Of a stretch of DNA of 64,000 bases, positions 42,140 to 54,100 are shown piece by piece. The translations under genes and the position numbers were made by a program. The notes beneath the pieces are model-generated. The model was not told the origin of the DNA. It did not search any database and saw only the letters and a list, made by a program, of their open reading frames with translations. This DNA comes from Macrostomum lignano (taxonomy: Eukaryota). The stretch lies in NCBI GenBank assembly GCA_002269645.1, contig NIVC01000550.1, positions 198,509-262,508 of the forward strand, given 5' to 3'. Numbering within the stretch: the stretch's first letter is position 1; every line of letters begins with the position of its first letter.

Positions 42140-42739
42140 GGCAAACTCGTTAACTTTTTATTCGTCAACTGTATTGATGAGTTTACCACGGTCTGCACAA
42201 ACTGCGTAACTAATGTGCAGTATAACGAAGTGTATAAAAGTAAGAGATGAAAACCAAAGCAAAAGCAATAAATTTTTAGTTTATACGTGTATAAAAACAA
42301 AAGAATAAAAAAATAAATACTTACCTTTTTTATTTAGTTAACAATAGTAAAACTTATTGACATTGAAATTGATGAAATTGACATGAAAGATTCTCGGTTT
42401 CATTGTTTTTTAATTTTGTTGTATCTCGTAATTATCATTTTTGTACATGGCAGACTGCTGGGTGGTATGCGCTACTGTCTCTTTTCCAGTCAATCCGTCG
42501 AAAAGACATTCCAGTGATAGAGATTCACCGATCTGGCGATTAAGGCAGGTCCTGTGCCTAAAAACCAGCATTACAATGACACGGCTCAGTTTATTGGTGT
42601 TATGAATCTATTTTATCTGTGTCTGTTCACCGAAACAGCAGCACATGGTCCACATACTATACAGTGCTGACGAATTTACCAGTTGACGAATTTACCATAT
42701 AGCTAGGCCAGTTGACGAAAAAAAGTTGACAAGTTTACC
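42140..42739. mobile_element. Degenerate inverted-repeat element
   Basis: GGCAAACTCGTTAACTTTTTATTCGTCAACTG at the left pairs imperfectly with CAGTTGACGAAAAAAAGTTGACAAGTTTACC at the right; no TSD found. Confidence 0.4.
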
Positions 42740-43365
42740 AGCACAGCACCCATCGAACCAACTTGTAATTCTAATAAATCTTTATTTTTTAAAGTAAAAA
42801 ATCGTTTTTCTTAGCTAGTAATTTTGAGAAATAGGAAGAAAAAATGTAGAAAAAGCCAATGCTAGCTATGGTTATCAAAAAAGGTCTAGGCTATTTTTGA
42901 TTGGCAATGCAGTTAAAGTTAAACAACATTATATTATATTTGATTTTAGGGTATTTTATTAATGCTTTAAGCTTAGGCCTACTCCTAGGCCCCTATGCCT
43001 ATACATCATTAGTGTTAGTGTTAGCAGTTAACTTTTGGCTTAATATAAATAAAGCAACTAGTAAACCATACTATAGACTAGTTATTAAGTTATATGGCAT
43101 ATAAGCCAATTATTTTTGCTTCTTAGAAATTTTTTTCTTGCTTGTAGATTGCTTTTTGGTACCTAGCATTTTGATAAAATGCATCATGCAGGTCATTTTG
43201 TTTGCTGTCAGTTTGTCTGCCTATTGGAGGTTTATGCTAGGATAGACAGCAAGGACAACTTAAGTAGAAGGACAAGAAACCTCATTTCTGAGAAAAAATT
43301 TTAAGGCAGGTTTTCCTGAAAAATACACTACAGAGATAAGAAATTTTCATTTTTTTCAAGACAAA

Positions 43366-43829
43366 AATTGCTATAACTTTTGATAGGAGGCAGATCTAGT
43401 GTTCATCTTTTGATATATAATGCTTTTTTAATGTTCTATTGATATTAATAAAGCTTTCCATTTAGAAAATTAGGATTCTATGTTAATTTTTTATTCTACA
43501 TATATTTTCATGTGTCTTGTGCTTGAAATACATTAGAATGCCACGGCTTGGTTCTTTGGTTTTATGAGTCTATTTTATCCTTTTTACCTGACTGTATAGC
43601 AAATATTCATAATATAGATGATAAAATAGATTCATAAAACCAAATATTAGAGCTGTATCATGTATTTTTGTGATTTTTAGATATAGAAAATATATTTAAA
43701 ATAAAAAAATAAACATAGAAATCTAATTTTCTGAACAAAAAGTTTTGTAAATATCAATAGAGCAATAAAAAAGGCATAACATATCAAAAGATGAATACTG
43801 GATCTGCCTCCTATCAAAAGTTAGCAATT
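43366..43829. repeat. ~460-bp AT-rich imperfect palindrome (foldback element)
   Basis: Three nested arm pairs: 43366-43445 with 43755-43829, ~43462-43505 with ~43688-43733, and 43558-43579 with 43620-43641 (21/22 match). Confidence 0.8.
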
Positions 43830-44525
43830 AGTTAGCAATAGCAAGGATTAAAAAACACATTTATTAATTAATAAATTATGTCAATTGTTTCTAAATATAT
43901 AGATGTAATATCTTCAAGTTTCATGAAACTAATTGAAAATCAGTTTATTTAAAATAGTTGCATTATTAAGAAATGAAATATTTGATAAGTTACTAGCAAA
44001 TATATATATGTATTCCTGTGCCTAGTTTTAGTATCTTATAGGTCATAATAAATGAAAGTTTATATATTTATTGTCTTGTTTTAGACAATGGGCAAGAAAT
44101 TTATAATAATAATATAAATAAAATATTCCTAGGAGGGTTTTAAGCAACTTTGTGAAATTCCATTAACAACATTTTGTACAGCTTTTGCATTTTGCAAAAC
44201 CCAAAAGGCTGCTCCTGTCTAAGGGTACATGCAAGCATGCAGATACTATATGGAGGAATACTTTGAAACTCATACATGCTCACAGAGTGCGTAACACACT
44301 GTGATTGTCTGGCATCTATGGGGGAGTTATAGGCATGAATAATGCAATACAGACCCTAGATTATTTTGGATGCATTAGTGTAAACATTTGTCCCAATGAG
44401 GCAACAAGATTAGGATTAAGTAATAAAAAATGACTTTTTGTGTCTTATGCTCTATCAATTGTATTCATGAATTGTTAATAGCTACAACTGTGAGCAAGAC
44501 TGATTAAACAAATCATTAGCATTTG

Positions 44526-47500
44526 ATGGAGTGCCCAGTTTGCGGCGCTCTACTGCCACTGGATGAGCGTTCCAATCTGCACGTTGATGCTCACTTTGCT
44601 GGTGGATCGCATTCAGCTGATTCTTACTCCGCTGAGCCAGTCTGCAATCATGAGCTATTAGATGGTGAAAACAGTCATGGGCGAAGCGAAGGAGCCCATG
44701 CTACCTCCTCAAGCGATAGCTATGGTCGTCGTGGGTATGCCAGAGGTAAGTCTTGTAAATATGGATTTATTAGTAGTAGTTCAGTGTCTAGACTGTCTAA
44801 ATCAAGTGTCTAGATCAGCGATAGTTCAGTGTCTAGACTGTCTAAATCAAGTGTCTAGATCAGCGATAGTTCAGTGTCTAGACTGTCTAAATCAAGTGTC
44901 TAGATCAGCGATAGTTCAGTGTCTAGACTGTCTAAATCAAGTGTCTAGATCAACGGTAATTCAGTGTATAGAATGGCAGATCAACGGTAGTTCAGTGTCT
45001 AGACTGGCAAATCAATGGTAGTTCAGTGTCTAGAATGGCAGATCAACGGTAGTTCAGTGTATAGAATGGCAGATCAACGGTAGTTCAGTGTATAGAATGG
45101 CAGATCAACGGTAGTCCAGTGTATAGAATGGCAGATCAACGGTAATTCAGTGTATAGAATGGCAGATCAACGGTAGTTCAGTGTATAGAATGGCAGATCA
45201 ACGGTAGTCCAGTGTATAGAATGGCAGATCAACGGTAATTCAGTGTATAGAATGGCAGATCAACGGTAGTTCAGTGTATAGAATGGCAGATCAACGGTAG
45301 TCCAGTGTATAGAATGGCAGATCAACGGTAATTCAGTGTATAGAATGGCAGATCAACGGTAGTTCAGTGTCTAGAATGGCAGATCAACGGTAGTTCAGTG
45401 TATAGAATGGCAGATCAACGGTAGTTCAGTGTATAGAATGGCAGATCAACTATGAATATCGAATATTGTTATGCCTTCAGCCGGGTCTGGAGTCGCTGGC
45501 CGGGTGATGAGCGGAGGCTGGGATATCGATAGCGGAGCTTCCGGTTCCGGTTCAGCGGCGGCTGCGGCAGCGGCGGCAATGGCAGCCATGGAAGCATCTG
45601 ACGCTGCTATGGCCAGAAGATTACAACGCGAAGAGGACGCCCGTTTAGCGGCCAGAGAAGCTGAACAGTTGCGCGAGATGTACGGCCTGACCGGTGTGTC
45701 CAGCGACCAGCAGCTGCAGAGAGCGTTGGACAACGCTGTAGAACGGGGAAGCATGGGAGTGGCCGATGTCTACGAGATTCAACGATTGAAACGGTCAGCT
45801 AATCGGATTGGCTACGACGATGGACTGTCGAGAACGCCGGGCCTGGCGCCAGCACTGCAGGTCGGTTAGCTTGCTGATAGATGTATACTTTATAGTTTTG
45901 CTGCGTGTTGTAGATTGTCTATTCTGTCTACTTGTGAGTAGCATTTATAGAATGCTTTTTGTATTGTATGATAGCTAGCCTCCCCCTGGCCCTTCTACAA
46001 CTCTTCTCCCATCTTCCCTCTCCCTCCTCCCTTCTCCCACCTCCCCTCTCCCTCCTCTCCCCTCTCCCTCCTCTACCTTCTCCCACCTCTCCCCTCTCCC
46101 TCCTCTCCCCTCTCCCTCCTCTACCTTCTCCCACCTCTCCCCTCTCCCTCCTCTCCCCTCTCCCTCCTCTACCTTCTCCCACCTCTCCCCTCTCCCTCCT
46201 CTCCCCTCTCCCTCCTCTACCTTCTCCCACCTCTCCCCTCTCCCTCCTCTACCTTCTCCCACGTCTCCCCTCTCCTTCTCCCTTCTCCTCCCTTCTGTCC
46301 CCTCTCCTCCCTTCTGTCCCCTCTCCCTCTTCTCTCTCCTCTCCCCTCTCCCTCCTCTCCCCTCTCCCTCATCTACCTTCTCCCTCCTCTCCCCTCTCCC
46401 TCTTCTCCCTTCTGTCCCCTCTCCCTCTTCTCTCTCCTCTCCCCTCTCCCTTCTCTCCTCTCTCCTCTCTCCTCCCCCTTCTCTCCCCTCTCCCTTCTCT
46501 TCCCTCTCCCTCCTCTCCCCTCTCCTTTCCCTCCCCTCTCCTATCTTTGTAGTCTCTCTTGTTTTCCGACCAATCAAAGCCTTGATGCTTCTTTTTAAAA
46601 CAGTGCAGATTCGAAGTGATACGCTTCAAAGATATGCTTAAGAAATATTTAACTTGAATTAAACCTATCGCTCAGGCTTGGTACTCGAAGCAACGATTCA
46701 CAGTCTCCGAGGACAGCATCACCAACGTGCTGTGGTGCCGGCCACCAGCCGATCAGTTCAGCTCCCACCTGGAGGACAGAGGCTGGGGCTGCGGCTATAG
46801 AAATCTGCAGATGCTACTGAGCTCGATGTGCCGCGAGCCGGCCTTCCTACAGCTGGTGTTTAACGACGTGCCGCAGGTGCCTAGCGTTAGAAAACTGCAA
46901 CAGCTGATTGAGGACGCTTGGTCAGCCGGATTCGATCCGGTTGGCAGGGATCAGCTGGGCAGCCGGCTGGTCAATACTAGGAAATGGATTGGCACAACGG
47001 AAGTGTTCGCCCTGTTGAGTTTCCTGCGCGTACGCTGTAGGGTGTACGATTTTAGAAGGCCGACTGGCCCTGGAGGCACGCATTTGGCTCTATTTGAGGC
47101 TGTCAAGGTGAATCATTGTGAAGGCACTGTTCTATATAAAAGTTTGTCAGTTTGTTAGGAAACACGTTTATCATTATCAAGTTCTAGACTGGAGAAAAGT
47201 GTTGAGGAAATTAACTAGTTTACAGAATTGACCATTCTAGCATGTTATGTGGTTCAACGGACCTCAATATGACCTCATGAGATGAGATTCACCTCATTAA
47301 TTAGTTTTTTTTACAAAACTCTTTGCTTTGCCTATAGGGAGCCGTAGCCAGCGGTCCAGGCTCGATTCCAAGTGCATTAACATTAATCTGAAGCTAAATT
47401 GGAATCTCGGCTTGGCTCTGCTCGTGCAATTAACGGCCTTGATGCCCAACCCCCCAAAGCACAGTGAAGTGTACATGCCTAACGATAAATAAAGTTAGAG

Positions 47501-48016
47501 CCATTGTACACCAGCTCCTGTAGGAGTGTGTGCCTGTGCGTATGACTGCGTACGTTTCCGTGCGCTTGTGTGCCTGCTCAGGAGAGTCGGCGGAATGGGC
47601 AGTAATGCCTCTCGCCGGTTTTGAGTGACAATGTCGCGTCTAATAAAAGTACAATAAACTGCTTGACCGCTAAAACGCTCTTTCAGTCCTACTACCGCGG
47701 TCGCGACACCGAGTGCGCGTTTCCGCTCTACCTGCAGCACGAAGGCCACAGTCGCACAGTAGTCGGCATGGAGATGCGTCGAAATGGCGACAATCGACTG
47801 TTACTATTTGACCCGGCCTGGCGGCCCGCCACCGTCTCCGGGTGGTGCAGGAAGCCCAGCAACGCCCTGAGCTCGGTTCGCTGCCGTTTAACGGACCTGC
47901 GCCAGCCAGAGTATCAGCTGCTGTGCGTCACCGGCACTCTGGCTGGCGACGAAGATTGGCATCGGGCTAAATCGATGCGCGGAGCGCTAATGCGCGTGCC
48001 GCCTACTGAAAAGTAG
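44526..48016 (+). CDS. ZUP1: ZUP1/ZUFSP-family deubiquitinase (peptidase C78-like), 453 aa; CDS = join(44526-44745, 45481-45860, 46676-47107, 47687-48016)
   Basis: UBZ-like CPVC...HVDAHF; MIU-like SDAAMARRLQREE; catalytic D.GWGCGYRNLQM (Cys codon 46790-46792), LYLQHEGHSRT and LLFDP; also GTRKWIG-like NTRKWIGTTEV. GT-AG introns with phases 1,0,0; total 1362 nt. Confidence 0.93.
44768..45450. repeat. 45-bp-unit array grading into a 31-bp-unit array (GTAGTTCAGTGTATAGAATGGCAGATCAACG), ZUP1 intron 1
   Basis: Periods measured at 44821/44866 and 45361/45392; both units share TAGTTCAGTGT. Confidence 0.93.
45985..46545. repeat. CT-rich minisatellite/low-complexity tract, ZUP1 intron 2
   Basis: CTCCCCTCTCCCTCCT units. 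Confidence 0.9.
47337..47637 (+). mobile_element. Dispersed ~280-bp repeat (SINE-like?), copy 1, ZUP1 intron 3
   Basis: Clearly homologous to the reverse complement of 53153-53412 (shared GGAATCTCGGCTTGG, TAACGATAA..AAAGTTAG, TGTGCCTGCTCAGG.GAGTCGGCGGAATGGGCAG). Class uncertain. Confidence 0.7.
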
Positions 48017-48105
48017 CGTAGTGTGTATGTCTGTTCTATTCCTTTAAAATTTCCTAAATAATGCAGAATTTCAATTTCTGATAGTACTTTGGTGTTTGTT
48101 CCGCC

Positions 48106-48551
48106 CACAGATACTAAAATGACTAGATACTCAGACCCATACTTAGTCAAGCATTTTCTACTTTCAGTTCAGTAGCAAAGAAGAATACATAGACTATTTT
48201 ATAAAAATAAAGGCAGCTGAAATGATTTTGATAAGTTTAGAAGCCAAGCTTGCAGGCGTAAACAACTGGCTAATTGGTTCAGCAATAATGTATATTAGCC
48301 AGTCTACTGAAATGTACATGGCGCAGCTTTAGACTGGAATTCCAAAAAGAGCAATAAAAAATGGGGCGTGGCGGAGGTATTGTGGAAAGGCGCGGGTTGG
48401 AGGGTTTGAGCTGGGCGATAAGAGCCAATAAATGAGCCTTGGCCTTAAAATACAATACATTAAAATGCTTCAGTTTACCTTACTACTGAACTGAAAGTAG
48501 CTTTCATGCAAATGTGCTGAGTGGCCCATTTAGTTTATTCTAGTATCTGTG
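48106..48551 (-). mobile_element. MITE family A, copy 3 (reverse orientation, ~90 bp after the ZUP1 stop)
   Basis: Same TIRs; perfect 8-bp TSD GTTCCGCC. Confidence 0.93.
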
Positions 48552-49434
48552 GTTCCGCCACGAGTTCTAAGGGTTGGTATTCTGTTTCTAGTAGGTTAGA
48601 AGATTACAATTGGTTCTATTGCTAACTAATGCTAATTCTAATTAGGTGTGTGCAGGTTCTTTACCAGGGCTATAATAGGATGATAATAAACCTGTCTCTA
48701 TTTAAATGCTCGTTGTATTATATTGTCGAAATACAATAATTTATTTTACGCGACGCGTCGTAGTGGTAGCTCCTTTTAGTCTGTTTTTTTCTGTCGCTTT
48801 TTTCGCGACCAAAAATTAAATCATATCCAAGAGTCTGTAAAGTAATTTTGAATTTATCTCTCTGACAAAGTATTTTAAAAATCATATTTTTATATTGACT
48901 TACAGTTCCTATTGTATATATTGGCTGTATTTTGTCTTGTTTTCTTTTTATTATCCATAATTTCACTGACAATTTTAGTTCTAAACAGAAATTATTACTC
49001 ATAGTTTTTTCTTTATACATTAATTCTTCGATCTTGCCTCAATTTAAGTACTAACTAGCCTATCAGCATATAAAATATTATGTTTTTACATACAAAGCAA
49101 TTGACAAAAAGTTAGCGTGTGTATGTGTGTACAGTGAAGTTTTTTGCAGTAAACATTGCTTTTTATTTTAATCTTTTTCATGAAGCTTTCTACTGATGCA
49201 CATGCATCCACGCTTCAATGTGTTGCTAGCTAGTAGTTTGGTTCTGCAAAACCATCATGCCCTCTTAAACATACAAAAGGTTTAGTTAATCAAAGAGGAA
49301 CAATAGATTCATACTGTGCTGAAGTTGCGACAGCTTAAAGACAACAAAATGAAGTGTTTTGAAACATCCAAACATTCTTGAGTTATCCCTTACTGTTTTA
49401 TTATTTACCTAATGAATTCAGAAGTTCGCATAGG

Positions 49435-50050
49435 TAATGGGCCAGGGTGTGAGTGCACAAGTTTATCGATTTTCCATACCCAACCCCAAACCCTGATTTT
49501 TTTATCTGACTACAACCTCACCTTCTCTCTGCTGGCGTGGGGCATGGGTAAGGGGCCAGGGTGTGAGTGCACAAGTTTATCGATTTTCCATACCCAACCC
49601 CAAACCCTGATTTTTTATCTGACTACAACCTCACCTTCTCTCTGCTGGCGTGGGGCATGGGTAAGGGGCCAGGGTGTGAGTGCACAAGTTTATCGATTAT
49701 CCATACCCAACCCCAAACCCTGATTTTTTATCTGACTACAACCTCACCTTCTCTCTGCTGGCGTGGGGCATGGGTAAGGGGCCAGGGTGTGAGTGCACAA
49801 GTTTATCGATTTTCTGGACCCAACCCCAAACTCTGAATTTTCTATCTGGCTACAACCTCACTTATTTCTCTTTCTCTCTGCTCGCGTGGGGCATGGGTAA
49901 TGGGCCAGGGTGTGAGTGTTGAGTGCACAAGTTTATCGATTTTCAATACCCAACCCCAAACCCTGAATTTTCTATCTGGCTACAACCTCACTTATTTCAC
50001 TTTCTCTCTGCTCGCGTGGGGCATGGGTAAAGGGCCAGGGTGTGAGTGAA
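49435..50050. repeat. ~113-bp-unit tandem repeat, ~5 copies
   Basis: GCCAGGGTGTGAGTG recurs at 49441, 49555 and 49668. Confidence 0.93.
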
Positions 50051-51172
50051 CAGATTTATCAATTTTCTTTTAACGTTTTCCTTAATCATCGCTGCCACCA
50101 GTTTATCGCTACTGGCTAGTGGTTTTCTGTGTGCCTCTTCGCGGTAAAATCTGTGATGGCTCCTTTGTCGAATTTCTGAATCGACGTTTCACACTCGTCA
50201 ACTTGAACACTTTATAAGTGCTAGTTTTTCTATATAAGCGATTGCAAGGGTGTGAATGCACAAGTTTATCGATTTTTTACGACGCCCCAAGCCGTCAATT
50301 TCTGTCCCCAATGACTCGAGTTTTCCGTGCGGTGGTTTTCTAATTTATCGATTATTTTAACGCACATTCAACACCATCATCTCCGCTAAGCACGCTTACG
50401 AGCTTGCAAATGCGAGAAGCTTATGACTATTACATATTTGTGTTCAAATGGATGGAAGTAAAAAGTGTGTAATCAACTGTATTTAATTTCAACATTAAAA
50501 AGCGCTTATACATCCCAAACGCTTAGCGTTAAACGTTTATGTCATAAAATATAATAAACTCTTCAAATCAGTGAAACGCTATGCACAATTTAATGGAGCA
50601 CACATTAATTTAAATCTATGGTTACTTCGTATTTATTGTATTCCGTCTGTCATTGTTGTATTTCATTTTTTATTCATAAAAAGTCTGCTTTATTTTTCTC
50701 TCTGTCGCCTCGCCGTTTCTTTGTCTGCATTTCACACAGCATTGTTGAATTCGATGTGTAGAGTGATTTTCTATTCGTGTATTTGTTTCTACTTGGCTTA
50801 ACAACCCCAGCGAGTCTGTTGGAAAGCATTAAAATTGTACTTTTAAAATTTCGCTTTTCTTCTTTTTTTATCGGAAATGGTTTTTTATTCAAAGACAATA
50901 GTATATATAAGTCGCAAAGGTAAAACTTTGCCACGGTTTGGCGTCGTCATAAGCTTGACTTTGAACTTTTTTATTTTATTTTTTGGTAGTTGAATGCTGA
51001 TCGTTTCAGTGACTGACTCACTGACAAGTAAGTCATAAATATGACATTGAATCGAATAATATTATCATACCTCTTGACATTTCAGCAAGATCATTAAAAT
51101 AGTCGGTAACAATACTACAATCGAGACTATTATATATTGAATATTAAACGTATTACTGAACTCTATTGAGGC

Positions 51173-54100
51173 ATGTGGGCCGCCCAACCAAACGGTGGAG
51201 TTGGTGGCGGCGCTGTAGACTGGGCAGAGTTAGCCAGACAGTGGGTTAGCAGCCAGCAGCAGCAACAACAGCAAGAGCCACCAGCAGCTGGTGCTGATCC
51301 GCCACCTCCAGGCATCGAACAATCACAGCATCAACATCAGCCGCCAGCTTATAATCGTGGATTTCCTCCGCCTCCAACTGCTCCTGTACAGCCTCCTATT
51401 CAACAGCATCAGCTGCTTCCGCCGCCTCCTCCGCCACCTCCCCCATCGTCGTGGGATCTGACGCAGCCTCCACCGGGGCATCAGCAATGGTTTGCCGGAG
51501 GTAGCAGCGGCGGTCGTGGACCAGACTCTTCTACTATGCTTCATCATAGACAGGCGCAGCATCACGGTGGTGGTCACGAACATCATCTTCAACAGTCTTG
51601 GGACAGGACCCCTGTGCCACAGCCGCCGCCTCAGCTGCCGCCTGCTCAGCCGCACCATCATCATCATCATCATCGTGATCAGCATCACCAGCATCATTCT
51701 CCGTCAGTGCCCAACTCTTTAATCCCTCCGCCGACTCATCATCACCACCAACAGCAGCTTCAGCAAGAGCTTCCGCCTCCGGCGCCACCAGCTCCGCCAG
51801 CGAATCGCGATTTACCAGCCTGGCTTCGCGATGGCCTCAAGAAAACTGGTCACATTAAAGCAATGGAACAGCTGCAAAATCAGCAGCATCAAGGCGCCTC
51901 ATCGTCAAGCGTTGATCGAAGCGATAGTCAGACTAATGCTCTTGGAGGAAACTACGATGTAGGTTTCAATGCTCAGAAGCGTAGCTTCCTGCCTCATCCA
52001 GACGATTTGGTAAGAATTAAGCTTTTCTTGCCATTATTAATCAAAATTTGTGTTGATTATTCCTGTCAGTCAGGAACAAATTTTCCCTACTTTGTATATG
52101 TTCATATAGAAAATTATGAAATGGTGTTTGGATAAGCTTGTCAAAGAAATTTCAGATTCCGTCTCAAAGGTCAGATTTTTTATTACACTGTACACAACAC
52201 GATTTATCCTGGATCAAAACCAGAGACTATATGATGTGCCTAAAAGTCCTAATCGTCTTCATAGACATCATATAGACAAAATGCGCAGTCGATTAGGTCT
52301 TATAAACATAAAGCAGCATCACAGAACGCACACTGAATACTCGGCGCCGGGGTCAGAGCCTGTTGTAGCCAGTCGACGAAACCCCGAGCTGCGAGCGTGA
52401 CGACTCTTGCGCAAATTATGCAGTTTTGCGCTTTAATAAAACAATGCTTTGTTAACTGTTCTTTTCGTTTTAAAAGACGCGGGTAAATAAACAGTCAGTT
52501 AGCTCAGGCCATTGAATCAATAAAAAATCAACTGTTTCCAATGCACAAAACAGATTGAAGAAGAAGGCGACGGTGACAATGACGAAGAGGACAAACGAGG
52601 CAATTACAATAGCAAGGAGTCGCTTTCAAAGCCAAGAACTTTGCGAGCTAGTCCGACTGACTACTATAGAAAGCATAGTAGAAGCCGCAGTCCAGAAGAA
52701 GTAAACCGTAATCGCGACAGTGGTAGCGATGACGAATCAAATTCAAATTTGAAGCGCAGTCCCATCGAAGCGGAAACAAAGACTGTGCTGACTAACACCG
52801 GAGAATTGCAGTTGAAAGTGACGCCATTGTTGCGAGCTAACGCTGCCGCTAGGCCGCCTTCGCCAAAGCTTACTAAGGAGCAGCTGGACGAAATATTGGT
52901 ACGCCAGTTGGGCTAGCATTGTCTATTTTTATTTTTTTAAATCTAAACTGCCAATCTTCCAGATTTAATCTAAGGATATTTCCTATTAACAATATGCTTA
53001 ACCTTTTTGACAAAAATCACAAAAAGTTGATTAGTAAGAATGAGGCACCTGCATTGTATACCCATATTGTGATATTAACTGGATCGCCCTTAAACGTACG
53101 TGGCGTGGCTCTTATAGAGGCAGGGTGGTGTATGCACCCTGGTGCACTTAAAGCGACATTGTCACACAACCGGCGAGAGGCATTGCTGCCCATTCCGCCG
53201 ACTCCCCTGAGCAGGCACACAAGCGCGCGGATACGTACGCAGGCACACACTCACACTGGAGTGTACAGCGACCCTAACTTTATTATCGTTAGTCATGTAC
53301 AATATTGGAGGTTGATCCAAGCCGAGATTCCACTTTAGTCCAAATTAATGTGACTGCACTAGTAATCAAGCTTGAACCGCTGCTACATAAGACCACAGGG
53401 CTACTGCCCCCCTTCCTGGCATCGTTACCCAAAGCTGGATAAGATTTCCTAAAGCTGGGGGGATACCCAAAGCTGGATGGGGTTTTCCAAAGCTGAATGT
53501 GGTTACCCAAAGCTGGATGGGATTTCCCAAAGCTAGCTGGGGTTACCCGAAACTGGTTGGATTTCCCAAAGCTAGACGGAGTTTCCCAAAGCTAGATGGG
53601 GTTTCCAAAGCTGGTTGGGGTTTCCCAAAGCTAGATGGGGTTTCCCAAAGCTGGTTGGGGTTTCCCAAAGCTGGTTGGGGTTTCCCAAAGCTAGATAGGG
53701 TTTTCCAAAGCTAGTTGGGGTTTCCCAAAGCTAGACGGAGTTTCCCAAAGCTAGATGGGGTTTCTCAAAGCTGGTTGGGGTTTCCCAAAGCTGTTTGGGG
53801 TTTCCCAAAGCTGTTTGGGGTTTCCCAAAGCTGGTTGGGGTTTCCCAAAGCTGGTTGGGGTTTCCCAAAGCTGGTTGGGGTTTCCCAAAGCTGGTTGGGG
53901 TTTCCCAAAGCTGGTTGGGGTTTCCCAAAGCTGGTTGGGGTTTCCCAAAGCTGGTTGGGGTTTTCCAAAGCTGGTTGGGGTTTCCCAAAGCTGGTTGGGG
54001 TTTCCCAAAGCTGGTTGGGGTTTCCCAAAGCTACTGACTTGGTTGCATAAAGAATAAATTTTATGGATTTGCTGTTTTTTTTTAATTTAACTGTCCGAAC

